From contig CAVYXA010000001.1 of assembly GCA_963772365.1 (NCBI GenBank), positions 1,568,001 through 1,632,000 of the forward strand: a stretch of 64,000 nt of DNA. The letters run 5' to 3'. Every line of letters starts with the position of its first letter. The first letter of the stretch is position 1. The DNA comes from an uncultured Verrucomicrobiae bacterium. Lineage in GTDB: Bacteria > Verrucomicrobiota > Verrucomicrobiia > Chthoniobacterales > UBA10450. Below are positions 32,197-42,741 of this stretch, in pieces. The position numbers and the translations under genes are program-made. A model generated the notes under the pieces. It worked only from the letters and a program-made list of their open reading frames with translations, searched no databases and was not told where the DNA came from.

Positions 32197-32970
32197 ATGT
32201 CCCGCCGCGGCCTTCCACCTCCTCCGGCTCGCCTTCGTTTTATGAAAGAAGATGATGCCAGATTCCTGCGCATCGCCACGAAACACGTTGAGTTGCTCGA
32301 ACGCTTTGGCTTTAACGCGGGTTCGAGCATTTTAGATATCGGTAGCGGTTATGGCAAGCTCGCCTACGGCATTCTGGACAGATTCGATTTCCATGGGCGT
32401 TATGTTGGGCTGGACATCCTTCCCGCACATGTGCGGTGGTGTCAGGAAAACATCAGCAGCCAACTGCCCCAGTTCCGCTTCGAGCGGATCGACGTTTACA
32501 ACGATCGGTATAATCCGCAGGGATCCAACATCGCCGCTGGTTTTCGGTTCCAATTACCGGAAGCTTCCTTCGAATTCTGCGTCCTCTTCAGCGTCTTCAC
32601 GCACATGTACGGCCCGGATATCCAGAGCTATTTGGCCGAAGTGTCGCGATTATTGCAACCTGATGGAATAGGCATAGCGACCTTTTTCTTGTTTGATGAA
32701 GAGCGGCTCCGCAATTTGGAAACGCATTCGGGCGGCCTTACAATGCAGTATGCATTAAACGAATACACCCGTTACCACAATCCTCAGGATAAGCTACACG
32801 CGATCGCGTTTGACCGGGATTGGACACGGCGGATGATCCAAACATCCGGTTTCGAAGTTTTGGAAATGAGCGACGGTCATTGGGCGGGTGCCACTTCAGC
32901 CAACTACCAGGACTACGTGGTGTTTTGCAAAATCCCGGACAGGCATGTCGGATCACGAGAAGAGAGATGA
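32197..32970 (+). CDS. Class I SAM-dependent methyltransferase
   Basis: ILDIGSGYGKLA, DVYNDRYNP and FSVFTHM. Confidence 0.9.
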   Translation: MSRRGLPPPPARLRFMKEDDARFLRIATKHVELLERFGFNAGSSILDIGSGYGKLAYGILDRFDFHGRYVGLDILPAHVRWCQENISSQLPQFRFERIDVYNDRYNPQGSNIAAGFRFQLPEASFEFCVLFSVFTHMYGPDIQSYLAEVSRLLQPDGIGIATFFLFDEERLRNLETHSGGLTMQYALNEYTRYHNPQDKLHAIAFDRDWTRRMIQTSGFEVLEMSDGHWAGATSANYQDYVVFCKIPDRHVGSREER

Positions 32971-35072
32971 TGCACCTGCCAATTGCCAAGGAGCCTCTTT
33001 TGACGGTGCAAGAGCAAAGGGAACGTCGCTACAAAATTCTCTTTCTTCTCTTTCTTGTGCTGCTGACGCTCACCCGGTTGTGGCTAACTCGGAACGAGGA
33101 TATCGTCGGTATCTCGTCGCCTTACGGCGACTACCTTTACGCAGATCTGGGCGAACACGCGTTTTGGGGGCGTGCGCCTGATGACTTCTCGATGCTACGG
33201 CTTCCGGTTTACCCGCTCTGGATCTGGCTCTGTCATGAGATCGGGCTTCCACTTTACCTCGGGACAACCTTGCTGGCGATATGCGCCTGGCTTTTTTTCA
33301 TCTACGCCCTCCGGAGGATCCGCATTCCGCGTTCAGCTTGTACCGCAGTGTTCGCTGCGCAGCTATTCGAGATCAATGCAATTTGCACCTTTCGGCGAGT
33401 GACGGCGGATGTCGTTTACGGAATTCTCTTTGTTGCAACGGCCAGCGCGATCCTGTTAGTGCTGGCGTCCAAAACTCGTCGCCAATGCTGGATTCGATCG
33501 GCAGGGCTTGGCGTCCTGCTGGCCCTCTTTGCAGCGACACGCGCAGAATCCATTCTGTGCTGGCTTCTTTTTTTTCTTTTTATCTCCGCGTTTGTCTTGC
33601 ACCACCTGGTGAGCCGCAGCGGAACGCTGCCTTCGTTGCGCGTCCTCTCCTCGGCCGCTTTGTTGCCTGCGATCGCCCTAACAGCGACGCCGCTTGCAGT
33701 CGCTATGGCGAACAAGAGTGCCTTTGGTGTTTTCACTTTTTGCAGTCTTACTTCCACCTCATTTACAAACGCGATGAACCAGTTGCTCAAAATCAGGCCC
33801 GACAACGACATGGCTTACGTGCCGGTAACGCGAGATGCACGCATGAAGGCTTACGCCATCAGCCCCGCTTTCGCAAAACTCGAACCTCTTCTTGAAGGAC
33901 GATTAGCAGCGCGGTGGGGTCAATTTGCCATGAAGCGCTATAAAACTCCCTCACAAGAGATTGGTGGCGGCTGGTTCTTCTTCGCCTTTCGAGATGCCGT
34001 TGCCGAATTGAATGCGGGTTCACCAATCAAGATAGAAGCATATTACCGGAAAATTGCTCGTGAGTTACGCGGTGCGTTTACGGAGGGCAAGCTGCCGCAG
34101 CGGCATCTGTGGCTTAGTTTGATGCAACCAGACAGGACCATCCTGACGCGAATCCCCGCTGCCTTGCGGAAAATCCTAAAACAGACATTCAGTCCGCCTC
34201 CGCCAGACAATATTTCTTCGTTCATGGCGAATCTGAAGACGGACCTCGCCGCCGAACAGGAATTCAACCGGGTAACGAACCGGCGATCCCTGGCTCCCAT
34301 TGCTGATACAATCACAGTCTCCGGTTGGGCGTTTTCCAGCGCCCAACCGCTCGTCTCCGTGCTCGCCTGGGAAAAAAGCGGCAGATCTCTGCCCGTCTCT
34401 TTTAAGAATTCTCGTCAGCCAGCTGTTTACAAAGTGAACAAGACCGAATTTCCGTCACTTCGACCCGAGATACCTTTTTCCTTTTCTGCGGTCATCTCTC
34501 AGCCAGGAAAAGCAAATCTCAAGACAATAAAGTTTATTTTCGGCGACAACACGATGTTTTCCATTCCGGCGAGCAAACTAAAGCCAGGCCGTTTCGAGAC
34601 TTCGAACGCTGGTCAACGTTCGGGATGGCTGCGGGTTGTCGCGATTAGCCATATCGCTGGCGGTGCAAACGACTATCAATTCGCTGCCCGTCAACTTGCG
34701 GCCGTTACGCGCATCTACGCGTTTCTCTTCAAAGCACTTTTGGCCATTACGATTCCGGCTGTGGCCGTGTTGTGGGTGATGCGCCGATCACCGCGACAGA
34801 ATATCGCTCTCTACTGCTGGCTTATTCCGGTTTTCGGATTCATCGCAGCCCGCGTGGCACTGCTCGCGCTAATCGATGCCTCCTCCTTTAACGGCGCAGA
34901 AAGTCGCTATCTTGTTCCTGTCGCTGGGCCATTCGCTGGTGGATTGATTCTTTTGGTCGCGCAAGCAGTCACCGTTGCACACTCGCGATTTAGCCGCAGC
35001 TTAACCAAGAATAACTTCTTCGATGATCACCCCACAGATCGAATTTTTCAAAACCGAAAAGACGCTCGTTAG
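32967..35072 (+). CDS. Polytopic membrane protein, GT-C glycosyltransferase-like
   Basis: About 10-12 hydrophobic segments, GD..Y after TM1, RLPVYP motif, large soluble loop and C-terminal ESRYL. Confidence 0.6.
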   Translation: MMHLPIAKEPLLTVQEQRERRYKILFLLFLVLLTLTRLWLTRNEDIVGISSPYGDYLYADLGEHAFWGRAPDDFSMLRLPVYPLWIWLCHEIGLPLYLGTTLLAICAWLFFIYALRRIRIPRSACTAVFAAQLFEINAICTFRRVTADVVYGILFVATASAILLVLASKTRRQCWIRSAGLGVLLALFAATRAESILCWLLFFLFISAFVLHHLVSRSGTLPSLRVLSSAALLPAIALTATPLAVAMANKSAFGVFTFCSLTSTSFTNAMNQLLKIRPDNDMAYVPVTRDARMKAYAISPAFAKLEPLLEGRLAARWGQFAMKRYKTPSQEIGGGWFFFAFRDAVAELNAGSPIKIEAYYRKIARELRGAFTEGKLPQRHLWLSLMQPDRTILTRIPAALRKILKQTFSPPPPDNISSFMANLKTDLAAEQEFNRVTNRRSLAPIADTITVSGWAFSSAQPLVSVLAWEKSGRSLPVSFKNSRQPAVYKVNKTEFPSLRPEIPFSFSAVISQPGKANLKTIKFIFGDNTMFSIPASKLKPGRFETSNAGQRSGWLRVVAISHIAGGANDYQFAARQLAAVTRIYAFLFKALLAITIPAVAVLWVMRRSPRQNIALYCWLIPVFGFIAARVALLALIDASSFNGAESRYLVPVAGPFAGGLILLVAQAVTVAHSRFSRSLTKNNFFDDHPTDRIFQNRKDAR

Positions 35073-35079
35073 AAGATCG

Positions 35080-36264
35080 ATGTCGGAAGCTGAGCACGGC
35101 GACTCTCCAGTGTATGAAGTGGCCATAGTCATTCCGTGTCTCAATGAAGCGGAAACAGTAGCCACATGTGTGCGCAAAGCGATCCGCTGGATGGAAAAAG
35201 AGTGCATTCTAGGCGAAGTGATTGTGGCCGACAATGGGAGCGAGGATGATTCGCAAACATTGGCGGCTGAAGCGGGAGCACGTGTTATTGCCGTTCCGGA
35301 AGCGGGCTATGGAAACGCATTGATGGGTGGGATCGCCGCAGCCCGTAGCAAGTATATCATCATGGGCGATGCCGATGATAGCTATGATTTTGCCAATCTC
35401 ACTCCGTTCATGGAGAAGCTCAGAGAAGGTTACGATCTCGTGCAGGGATGCCGGCTTCCAGCCGGTGGAGGCATAGTGAGACCTGGCGCGATGCCGCCGT
35501 CTCATCGCTGGATCGGAAATCCTACTTTTTCGTTCCTGGCCCGCTGCTGGTTCGGCACGCCCGTTCACGATGTGTATTGTGGTCTTCGCGGGTTTACTAA
35601 GATCCTCTACGAGCAGCTCGACCAGCGGTGCACCGGGATGGAATTTGCGACTGAAATGATCATCAAAGCGAGCCTCAACGCGGCTAAAATCGCTGAGGTG
35701 CCTATCACGCTGCATCCCGATGGCCGAATGACCCGTTCACCGCATCTAAAAACGGTCCGGGATGGTTGGCGGACCTTGCGTTTTTTCTTAATGTGCAGCC
35801 CGCGCTGGCTATTTCTATTACCGGGCGTGCTACTGACCCTGCTCGGTGCAATCGGCTATGCCATCGCGCTCCCGGGGATAACTGTATACGGCGTAACCTT
35901 TGATGCGCATACTCTTCTGTTTGCCAGTCTTGCGATGCTCTGCGGCTTTCAAGCCGTCGTGTTCGCGGTGCTCACGAAGATTTTTGCGATTACCGAAGGT
36001 CTCCTGCCGCCGGATCCACGACTGGAACGGATCTTCGAGTTCATAACACTTGAGCGCGGGCTGGCCGCCGCAGCGATCGCCTTGATAGCCGGCTGTGGTT
36101 TGTTACTTGGTGCAGTTTTAATTTGGCGGGAAGCTGGATGGGGCCGTCTGGATTACGGCCAGGTCATGAGACTTGTGATTCCTGGCGCTACGCTCACGGC
36201 CTTGGGATTCCAGGCGGGGCTTTCCAGTTTCTTCATGAGTATTCTCGGAATGAAGCGAAGATGA
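35080..36264 (+). CDS. Polyprenol-phosphate glycosyltransferase (GT2, DPM1-like) with C-terminal TM helices
   Basis: IVIPCLNEA, VADNGSED, GYGNAL, IMGDADDSYD and GMEFATEM. Confidence 0.9.
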   Translation: MSEAEHGDSPVYEVAIVIPCLNEAETVATCVRKAIRWMEKECILGEVIVADNGSEDDSQTLAAEAGARVIAVPEAGYGNALMGGIAAARSKYIIMGDADDSYDFANLTPFMEKLREGYDLVQGCRLPAGGGIVRPGAMPPSHRWIGNPTFSFLARCWFGTPVHDVYCGLRGFTKILYEQLDQRCTGMEFATEMIIKASLNAAKIAEVPITLHPDGRMTRSPHLKTVRDGWRTLRFFLMCSPRWLFLLPGVLLTLLGAIGYAIALPGITVYGVTFDAHTLLFASLAMLCGFQAVVFAVLTKIFAITEGLLPPDPRLERIFEFITLERGLAAAAIALIAGCGLLLGAVLIWREAGWGRLDYGQVMRLVIPGATLTALGFQAGLSSFFMSILGMKRR

Positions 36265-36887
36265 ACGTGTGGGAAACAATTCACGACCGGCATGTTCATA
36301 GTCGAAGGGTCCGAGTTCTCACGCGGGAACTCTCTTCCCTTCTCCCTGACCGTGGTTGCATTCTGGACATCGGCTGCGGCGATGGCTTGCTGGGATCGCT
36401 TGTTCAGATGGCTAAGCCCGACACTTCCGTCACCGGCATTGACGTTTTGGTTCGACGCGAGGCAACTATTCCGGTCCAAAGATTTGATGGCCGCAAATTG
36501 CCCTTCGCGGATCGAGCCTGTGATGCAGTGATGCTGATCGATGTGCTGCATCACACAGATGAACCGATCCCGCTGCTTAGAGAGGCGTCGCGCGTGGCGC
36601 GAGAATTGATCGTGATCAAAGATCATCTTCTGGAGGGCATCGGCGCTGGCGCAACGCTGCGGTTTATGGACCGCGTAGGTAACCGGCGTCACAACGTGGC
36701 CTTGCCACATAACTACTGGGCAAAAGAGAAATGGCTGGAAGTATTCGGGATTCTTGGCGTGGAGATTTTGGTGTGGAAATCGAAGCTTGCATTGTATCCG
36801 CCGCCAGCCAATTGGCTTTTCGGACGGTCGCTTCACTTTGTTGCTCAGCTCGCAGTGCCAAAGTCTCACCATGACGCGCCCGCCTGA
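36261..36887 (+). CDS. Class I SAM-dependent methyltransferase (type 11)
   Basis: ILDIGCGDG, LPFAD and IDVLHH; ATG overlaps the upstream stop. Confidence 0.88.
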   Translation: MNVWETIHDRHVHSRRVRVLTRELSSLLPDRGCILDIGCGDGLLGSLVQMAKPDTSVTGIDVLVRREATIPVQRFDGRKLPFADRACDAVMLIDVLHHTDEPIPLLREASRVARELIVIKDHLLEGIGAGATLRFMDRVGNRRHNVALPHNYWAKEKWLEVFGILGVEILVWKSKLALYPPPANWLFGRSLHFVAQLAVPKSHHDAPA

Positions 36888-37564
36888 CCTTGTGCATATC
36901 GATGAAACCCATCGCTGCTGCTCAACGCCATGGGAGAAAGCCTATGGTCGGTTCGAAACCCCGGAGCAAGAAATAACGAAATTCGTTAAACGACTGAACG
37001 CGGTGGGCGCAGCCAAGTGGGATAGAAATCTACGCATTGTCGAACTGTTCTGCGGTCGCGGAAACGGTCTGCACGCGCTTTCGCGTTTAGGCTTTGCCAA
37101 TATTGAAGGCGTTGACTTATCGGAGTCGCTGCTCGCGCAATACCAAGGTCCAGCCAAATGCTATGTCTGCGATTGTCGTCAATTGCCTTTTGACAATGCC
37201 AGTCGAGACGTGCTGATCGTGCAGGGAGGACTTCATCATCTGGAACGATTTCCCGAAGACCTCGATATCGGTACTGGCGGAAATGCGGCGGGTACTTCGT
37301 CCAGGCGGATTCGTTGTAATTATTGAGCCATGGTTGACATTTTTCCTTAGATTGGTGCACATACTCTGTGCGTCGCACTTCGCGCGAGCTCGTTGGGCTA
37401 AATTGGAGGCTTTGGCCGCGATGATCGATAACGAGCGGATGACGTATGACCAGTGGCTCAATAATCCTGCGAAGATTCGGCAGTTGCTTCAGGACAGCTT
37501 CGAGCGCACCAAGATCACCATCGGCTGGGGCAAGATTATCTGTCTTGGGTTTATGTCCGCTTAA
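36871..37564 (+). CDS. Class I SAM-dependent methyltransferase with apparent +1 frameshift near 37267
   Basis: VELFCGRGNG and QGGLHH, then SVLAEMRRVLRPGG continues in another frame. Confidence 0.78.
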
Positions 37565-37647
37565 GTGGAAAGCCTCAACGGAATTCGTTCTCCAAGGAAT
37601 ACGCCGCCTTTTAATTTTCTCGGCTAAACGGAACGCGCTCCGCACCG

Positions 37648-39876
37648 ATGTCGTACAAATCTATATCGATTCTATTGTTGGCGGTCTTTGTTCTGCATTT
37701 TTCTCGCATTCTATTTCATGGGGAAATAATCTTTCCGCACGATAACAGTCTGGAAGTCGGTCTGTCCGAAACACGGGAACTTGACCGGATTTCCAATCGC
37801 AAGTTCTCCGATGAAAGCAGCGTGTTCATTCCGGAGTTGGCAAATAACCTTCGCTATGACTGCAAAGCCTGGCTGGCGACGTGGAACCCCCACGTGGAAC
37901 TCGGTCGTCCCGCGTTTCAAGGCGCATTGAGCCGGGCATTTCTGCTTACAAACCTGCTTTCGTGGTTCACGTCTAATCCATTTATCCTGTACACTATCCT
38001 GATCCTGCTCACCGTCGGGTTAACCGCTACATTCTTCCTGCTCTTTCTGCGATCTCTCGGGTTGCACCCGGTGGCCTGCGCTTGCGCGGCAATCGGCCTG
38101 GCTTTTACGACCGCGACTTCGTATTGGCTTTGCTTTGTAATGTTCGTGTCGGCCACCTGCTGGCTGGTCTGTTTGTTGTGGCTGATTACCGAATTCACCA
38201 AGAAACCGTCGTGGACTGTGGCCGTTGGTCTGGCTTTTGCGATCTACTGTTTGCTTATCGCTGGTTATCCGCAGGTCACGATTTTGTTCGCCTACATCGC
38301 AGGGCCATATGCTCTGATCAGACTCGTGCAAATGCCGGGAAGGCGTAGAGAAAAATTGTGGACAATGCTCGCTATGTTCGGTTGCGCTGTCGCGGGGGTA
38401 CTGGCGTCCCTCCCGGTCTTTCTCGATTTGCTGTTTACCGCCCAGGACTCCGCCAGGCTCGGTGATGTTAGCGACAGCTTTTTCCTCGGAGTTCTGCCAC
38501 AATGTCGCAGCCCGCGAGACGTGGCCAGTTTTTTGATGACACTTTTCGACGGATCCTGGCTCGGCAACGCCATTGATCCCAAGTACCCGTTGCATTTCAA
38601 TGGCCTGAGCTTCACGCCGATCTATGGGAGTTTGATCTGGCTTTCGTTCCTCTTGAAGAACAAACGCGCGGTATTGTTTTGGCAACTAGTTCTTATCGTC
38701 TGTCTCGCCGGGACAATTTTCCCGGCGGTCTATTTATTTGCGGTCCATCATCTCGGTTTTGGATTGTCTCGCATCCAACTGCTTGGCGGCGGGATTATTC
38801 CCGGCTTCGTTCTGAGCGCCTTCGCGTTGGACGCAATTCTCCATGGCGACTTGCAGCTGACCATGCGCTCTGGGGCCTGGCTACTGGCGCCGCTCGTAGT
38901 GGAATCAGTGGTCGCGTTGTCGATCTGGCAGCGGTTCCCGATCGACGCGCTTGCAGTCGTAGCCAGCTTCCTGCTCGTCGCCGCGTTGCTCGTCTCCATC
39001 TATTGGCGCAGTGTTCCTGGCTTCATCGCAATTGCTGTCGTGTCCGCATTCTTTTATGGGCGAGCGTTGATCCTGAGTCGTCCGCTTCGCTCAATTCACA
39101 CCTCATCGAAGCTGATCGATGCCATTAAAGCTCATACGCCGGATGGAAGCCGTTTCGCGATTGCCGACAGCCCGATCACTGCCCTGCCCCCGAATCAGGA
39201 GGCCCTGTTCGATCTGAACAGCGTGAATTCCTACGACTCGCTTTCGTCGCGCAGATATCAGGCTGTAGTCAACAGGTGGAGCGTCAGCGGCGCTCGTACG
39301 TATGGAAGACACTTTAGATTCCTGGACATCGAATCAGCGTTCGCTGATCCCGCATTCTCGTTTTCCAATGTCGAAGTTGTTTTGTCAAAGCGCTCGCTAA
39401 GGACGGATCGGTTAAAGTTGGCTACCGAGGTGAACGGAATCAAACTCTACGAAACAACCGCCGCACCCATCGAGCTACTGCAAACTCCGGATTTCAACTT
39501 CTCGAATGGACAAGAAGCCGCAGTCGATACATCTGCGGGCCGAGCAAATTTGCCATTACACCGAGCGGAAATGTTAAATGATTTTCAGAGGATCGAAGTG
39601 ACTGCATCGTCGGACGAAACGCTGTTGTTCCTGAGCCAGCAATATCATCGCAGATGGTTGGCCCGTTCTCAAAACAGAGCACTCCGCACCGTAATCGCGA
39701 ACGGATTTTATCAAGGAGTTGTGCTGCCTCCGAACACGAGCGAGGTGGAGCTCTGGTTTCGGCCGTTCGTTTTATGGGGCTGGCTCCCGCAAGTGCTTTT
39801 CATCGCTTGCGCAGTGCTGCTGATTCTGCGCCAACTCATGCGCATTGAGCGTGGTAAAATGAGGCAGCTTGGTTAA
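37648..39876 (+). CDS. YfhO-like polytopic membrane protein (GT-C glycosyltransferase-like)
   Basis: WNPH..LG.P, GYPQ, SVNSYDSL and LFLSQQY..RW...NGFYQGV.LP...VELWFRP, typical of YfhO-like proteins. Confidence 0.72.
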   Translation: MSYKSISILLLAVFVLHFSRILFHGEIIFPHDNSLEVGLSETRELDRISNRKFSDESSVFIPELANNLRYDCKAWLATWNPHVELGRPAFQGALSRAFLLTNLLSWFTSNPFILYTILILLTVGLTATFFLLFLRSLGLHPVACACAAIGLAFTTATSYWLCFVMFVSATCWLVCLLWLITEFTKKPSWTVAVGLAFAIYCLLIAGYPQVTILFAYIAGPYALIRLVQMPGRRREKLWTMLAMFGCAVAGVLASLPVFLDLLFTAQDSARLGDVSDSFFLGVLPQCRSPRDVASFLMTLFDGSWLGNAIDPKYPLHFNGLSFTPIYGSLIWLSFLLKNKRAVLFWQLVLIVCLAGTIFPAVYLFAVHHLGFGLSRIQLLGGGIIPGFVLSAFALDAILHGDLQLTMRSGAWLLAPLVVESVVALSIWQRFPIDALAVVASFLLVAALLVSIYWRSVPGFIAIAVVSAFFYGRALILSRPLRSIHTSSKLIDAIKAHTPDGSRFAIADSPITALPPNQEALFDLNSVNSYDSLSSRRYQAVVNRWSVSGARTYGRHFRFLDIESAFADPAFSFSNVEVVLSKRSLRTDRLKLATEVNGIKLYETTAAPIELLQTPDFNFSNGQEAAVDTSAGRANLPLHRAEMLNDFQRIEVTASSDETLLFLSQQYHRRWLARSQNRALRTVIANGFYQGVVLPPNTSEVELWFRPFVLWGWLPQVLFIACAVLLILRQLMRIERGKMRQLG

Positions 39877-39885
39877 CTTTCTGCC

Positions 39886-40866
39886 GTGTCATCTGATAAT
39901 CTTGTTGCATTATCACCCACTGCGCGCCCGCTCTCTGTCGTTATCGCTACCTACAATGGTGAGAGTTCGTTGCCTGAACTCGTGCGAAGATTGAGCGATG
40001 TTTTGCCGAAGATCGCTGTTTCCTATGAAATCATCTTAGTCAACGATGGCAGCGTGGATCGCAGCTGGGACGTAATTAACGAGTTTGTCCGTACCTGTGC
40101 TGCGGTTCGTGGAATTAATCTGATGCGTAATTACGGTCAGCATAACGCGCTCCTCTGCGGTATCCGTGCGGCTCGCAGAGACTTGATCGTTACAATGGAC
40201 GACGACTTGCAACATCAGCCGGAGGAGATTCCGCGACTGCTCGCTCGGCTCAACGAAGGGTTTGATGTCGTTTACGCAACCCCCGAACGCGAGCAGCATG
40301 GTTTTTGGCGCGCGCTCGCTTCCCGCATCACCCGGTTGGCCCTTCGCTCTGCCGGGGGCATTGAAGTCGCGAGGAATGTAAGTGCGTTCCGTGCTTTTCG
40401 AACCGAACTGCGTAATGCGTTTGCCGGCTACCAGGCGCCGTTCGTTTCCATCGATGTGTTGCTGACGTGGGCGACGAGTCGCTTTACCGCTGTCAGAGTT
40501 CCTTTTAAACCGCGACACTCTGGTTCATCGAACTACACGTTTACAAAGCTCGTGCGGCATGCGTTCGATATGATGACGGGCTTTAGCACCGCGCCCTTGC
40601 AGCTGGCCAGCCTGATTGGGTTTGGCTGCACATTGTTTGGGATCGGCGTTTTCCTTTATGTATTCGTCCGTTATTGCCTGGAAGGAAGCATACCCGGATT
40701 TCCGTTTCTCGCCTCTATCATTGCCATCTTTTCTGGCGCACAACTTTTTGCGCTTGGCGTGATTGGCGAGTACCTCGCCCGCATGCATTTTCGGACGATG
40801 AATCGGCCGGCTTACGCCATTCGCAGCACGTCTGAAGGCGAAAAGTCAAAGGCGCAAAGCCCGTAA
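39886..40866 (+). CDS. Undecaprenyl-phosphate glycosyltransferase (GT2, ArnC/GtrB-like)
   Basis: VNDGSVD, RNYGQHNA, TMDDDLQH, two C-terminal TMs and LGVIGEYLAR. Confidence 0.92.
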   Translation: MSSDNLVALSPTARPLSVVIATYNGESSLPELVRRLSDVLPKIAVSYEIILVNDGSVDRSWDVINEFVRTCAAVRGINLMRNYGQHNALLCGIRAARRDLIVTMDDDLQHQPEEIPRLLARLNEGFDVVYATPEREQHGFWRALASRITRLALRSAGGIEVARNVSAFRAFRTELRNAFAGYQAPFVSIDVLLTWATSRFTAVRVPFKPRHSGSSNYTFTKLVRHAFDMMTGFSTAPLQLASLIGFGCTLFGIGVFLYVFVRYCLEGSIPGFPFLASIIAIFSGAQLFALGVIGEYLARMHFRTMNRPAYAIRSTSEGEKSKAQSP

Positions 40867-41855
40867 TGATTGCACGACTGGATTTGGGGGCGATCGATGA
40901 ACTGCGTGATGCGTTGCCACGGTTTGCTCACGTTCCGCTGCCTCATTTGCATCACTTGCAGTTCGATCAACGCCGCGCCTACTGGCTCGACGAAATCACG
41001 CAAAGTTTGGCCAAGGAATCATCGATTGCGTTTAGGTCAGTCGACTCGGGGCGCATCAACGGATTCGTCGTCTATAATGATTCGCCTTGGGACAGCGATA
41101 TAACCGGGCGGCGCATCGGAACAGTGCAGCATCTGGCCGTCGCGGCTGGCGGTGGTCCAGGTGCCGAAATCCTCCACGGGTTAATCGACGAGCTCACCCG
41201 CAGTCTCGCCGATCGGGGAACACAATGCATGACCTGCAAGGTCGAGTGCAACGAGATGGCCGTAGTTCATGCTTTGGAACGACACGGCTTTCTGCTTATG
41301 GACACTTTGCAGGATTTCGTCTTCGATTTTTCCCAAACGCCGATCGACAAAATTGATCGCGGGAAGCGAGATGGACTATTGATTCGCCGGGCGAAACCAA
41401 CAGACCTACCAGCGCTCTTGACGATAAATGAAAAAGCATTCGCTGACTACTTTGGGCGGTACCACGCAGATCCACAAATGCCGCCCGGCACGGCCACGAA
41501 AATTTACACTGAATGGGTGCGCTCCGCGTTTCAGGGCTGGGCGGATTGGATTCTCGTCGCAGAGATCGGTGGCAAAATCGCCGGCTATGGGCTGTGGAGA
41601 AAGGCCTTGAAAACTGAGGCGAAGAATTCGCTCAGAATTGCCCATTATGATTTAGGTGCAACCGATCCCGAATTTCGCGGCCGTGGTCTGAGAACGGCTC
41701 TGACGCTCGAAGGCATGGCTATTGCACGGGACCTCGCGCAATATCTCATCGGGCCGGTGCATATCCGGAATTACCCGGCTCAGCACACTCTGCACAAACT
41801 CGGTTGGAGAATTTCCGGTGCCAGACATTCCTTTCACAAATGGCTTTGGGCGTGA
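40866..41855 (+). CDS. GNAT N-acyltransferase, WecD (dTDP-aminosugar acetyltransferase)-like
   Basis: GRYHADP...IYTEW, FRGRG acetyl-CoA loop and N..A..LHKLGW; lies two genes upstream of wecE. Confidence 0.72.
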   Translation: MIARLDLGAIDELRDALPRFAHVPLPHLHHLQFDQRRAYWLDEITQSLAKESSIAFRSVDSGRINGFVVYNDSPWDSDITGRRIGTVQHLAVAAGGGPGAEILHGLIDELTRSLADRGTQCMTCKVECNEMAVVHALERHGFLLMDTLQDFVFDFSQTPIDKIDRGKRDGLLIRRAKPTDLPALLTINEKAFADYFGRYHADPQMPPGTATKIYTEWVRSAFQGWADWILVAEIGGKIAGYGLWRKALKTEAKNSLRIAHYDLGATDPEFRGRGLRTALTLEGMAIARDLAQYLIGPVHIRNYPAQHTLHKLGWRISGARHSFHKWLWA

Positions 41856-41862
41856 ACCAGGA

Positions 41863-42741
41863 ATGAAACGGTGTCTCGCGTGCGAAAGCCGCTTCGAGAG
41901 AAATGGTTGGAAATGCCCCCACTGCGGCTATCGTCCAACCCTGCGCGGCGAAATATTTCGCTTCGTCGATGACCCATCCGATGGCACCATCGGATTCAAA
42001 CCGGAGTATTTCGCGCACCTCGCGAAAATCGAGGAAGGGAATTTCTGGTTTCGTGCGCGTAACCAGATCATCCAATGGGCGCTAGCCAACTATTTTCCGA
42101 ATGCCAAAAGTTTTTTCGAGATCGGTTGCGGGACTGGATTTGTGCTTACCGGGATTCGCAAAAATTTTCCGCAAATGCGCCTCGGCGGGAGCGAGATTTT
42201 CGCGGACGGCCTCGCTTTTGCGCAAGCGCGCCTGCCGCAGGTAGAGTTGTACCAGATGGACGCGCGCTGCACTCCGTTTGACTGCGAGTTCGACGTGGTG
42301 GGAACGTTCGATGTGCTGGAGCACCTCGCCGAGGACGAGATTGCACTGACACAAATGTTTCAAGCAATCCGCCCAGGCGGCGGATTGCTTGTTACCGTGC
42401 CACAACATCGTTGGCTCTGGAGCGCAAGCGACCAATACGCAATGCACAAACGCCGCTACGGTCGCGCCCAATTGCATAGAAAAGTCGAGGGCGTTGGATT
42501 TCAGGTAGAGCGAATCATTTCTTTCGTTTCCCTCTTGCTGCCGCTTATGATTTGGTCGCGTCTACGACGAAAACGCTATCAGGATTTCCAACCGTGGCGC
42601 GAATTTGAAATCAGCCCTGCGCTTAACAAAATACTGGAGAGCATCTTAAAACTCGAACAAAAGATGATAAGAAACGGCGTTTCGTTTCCAGTGGGCGGAT
42701 CGCTTTTGTTGATCGGGAGAAAACCTTTAACGGCATCGTGA
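41863..42741 (+). CDS. Class I SAM methyltransferase with N-terminal Zn ribbon
   Basis: CLAC...CPHC, EEGNFWF.AR, FEIGCGTG, FDVLEH and HKRRY. Confidence 0.88.
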   Translation: MKRCLACESRFERNGWKCPHCGYRPTLRGEIFRFVDDPSDGTIGFKPEYFAHLAKIEEGNFWFRARNQIIQWALANYFPNAKSFFEIGCGTGFVLTGIRKNFPQMRLGGSEIFADGLAFAQARLPQVELYQMDARCTPFDCEFDVVGTFDVLEHLAEDEIALTQMFQAIRPGGGLLVTVPQHRWLWSASDQYAMHKRRYGRAQLHRKVEGVGFQVERIISFVSLLLPLMIWSRLRRKRYQDFQPWREFEISPALNKILESILKLEQKMIRNGVSFPVGGSLLLIGRKPLTAS

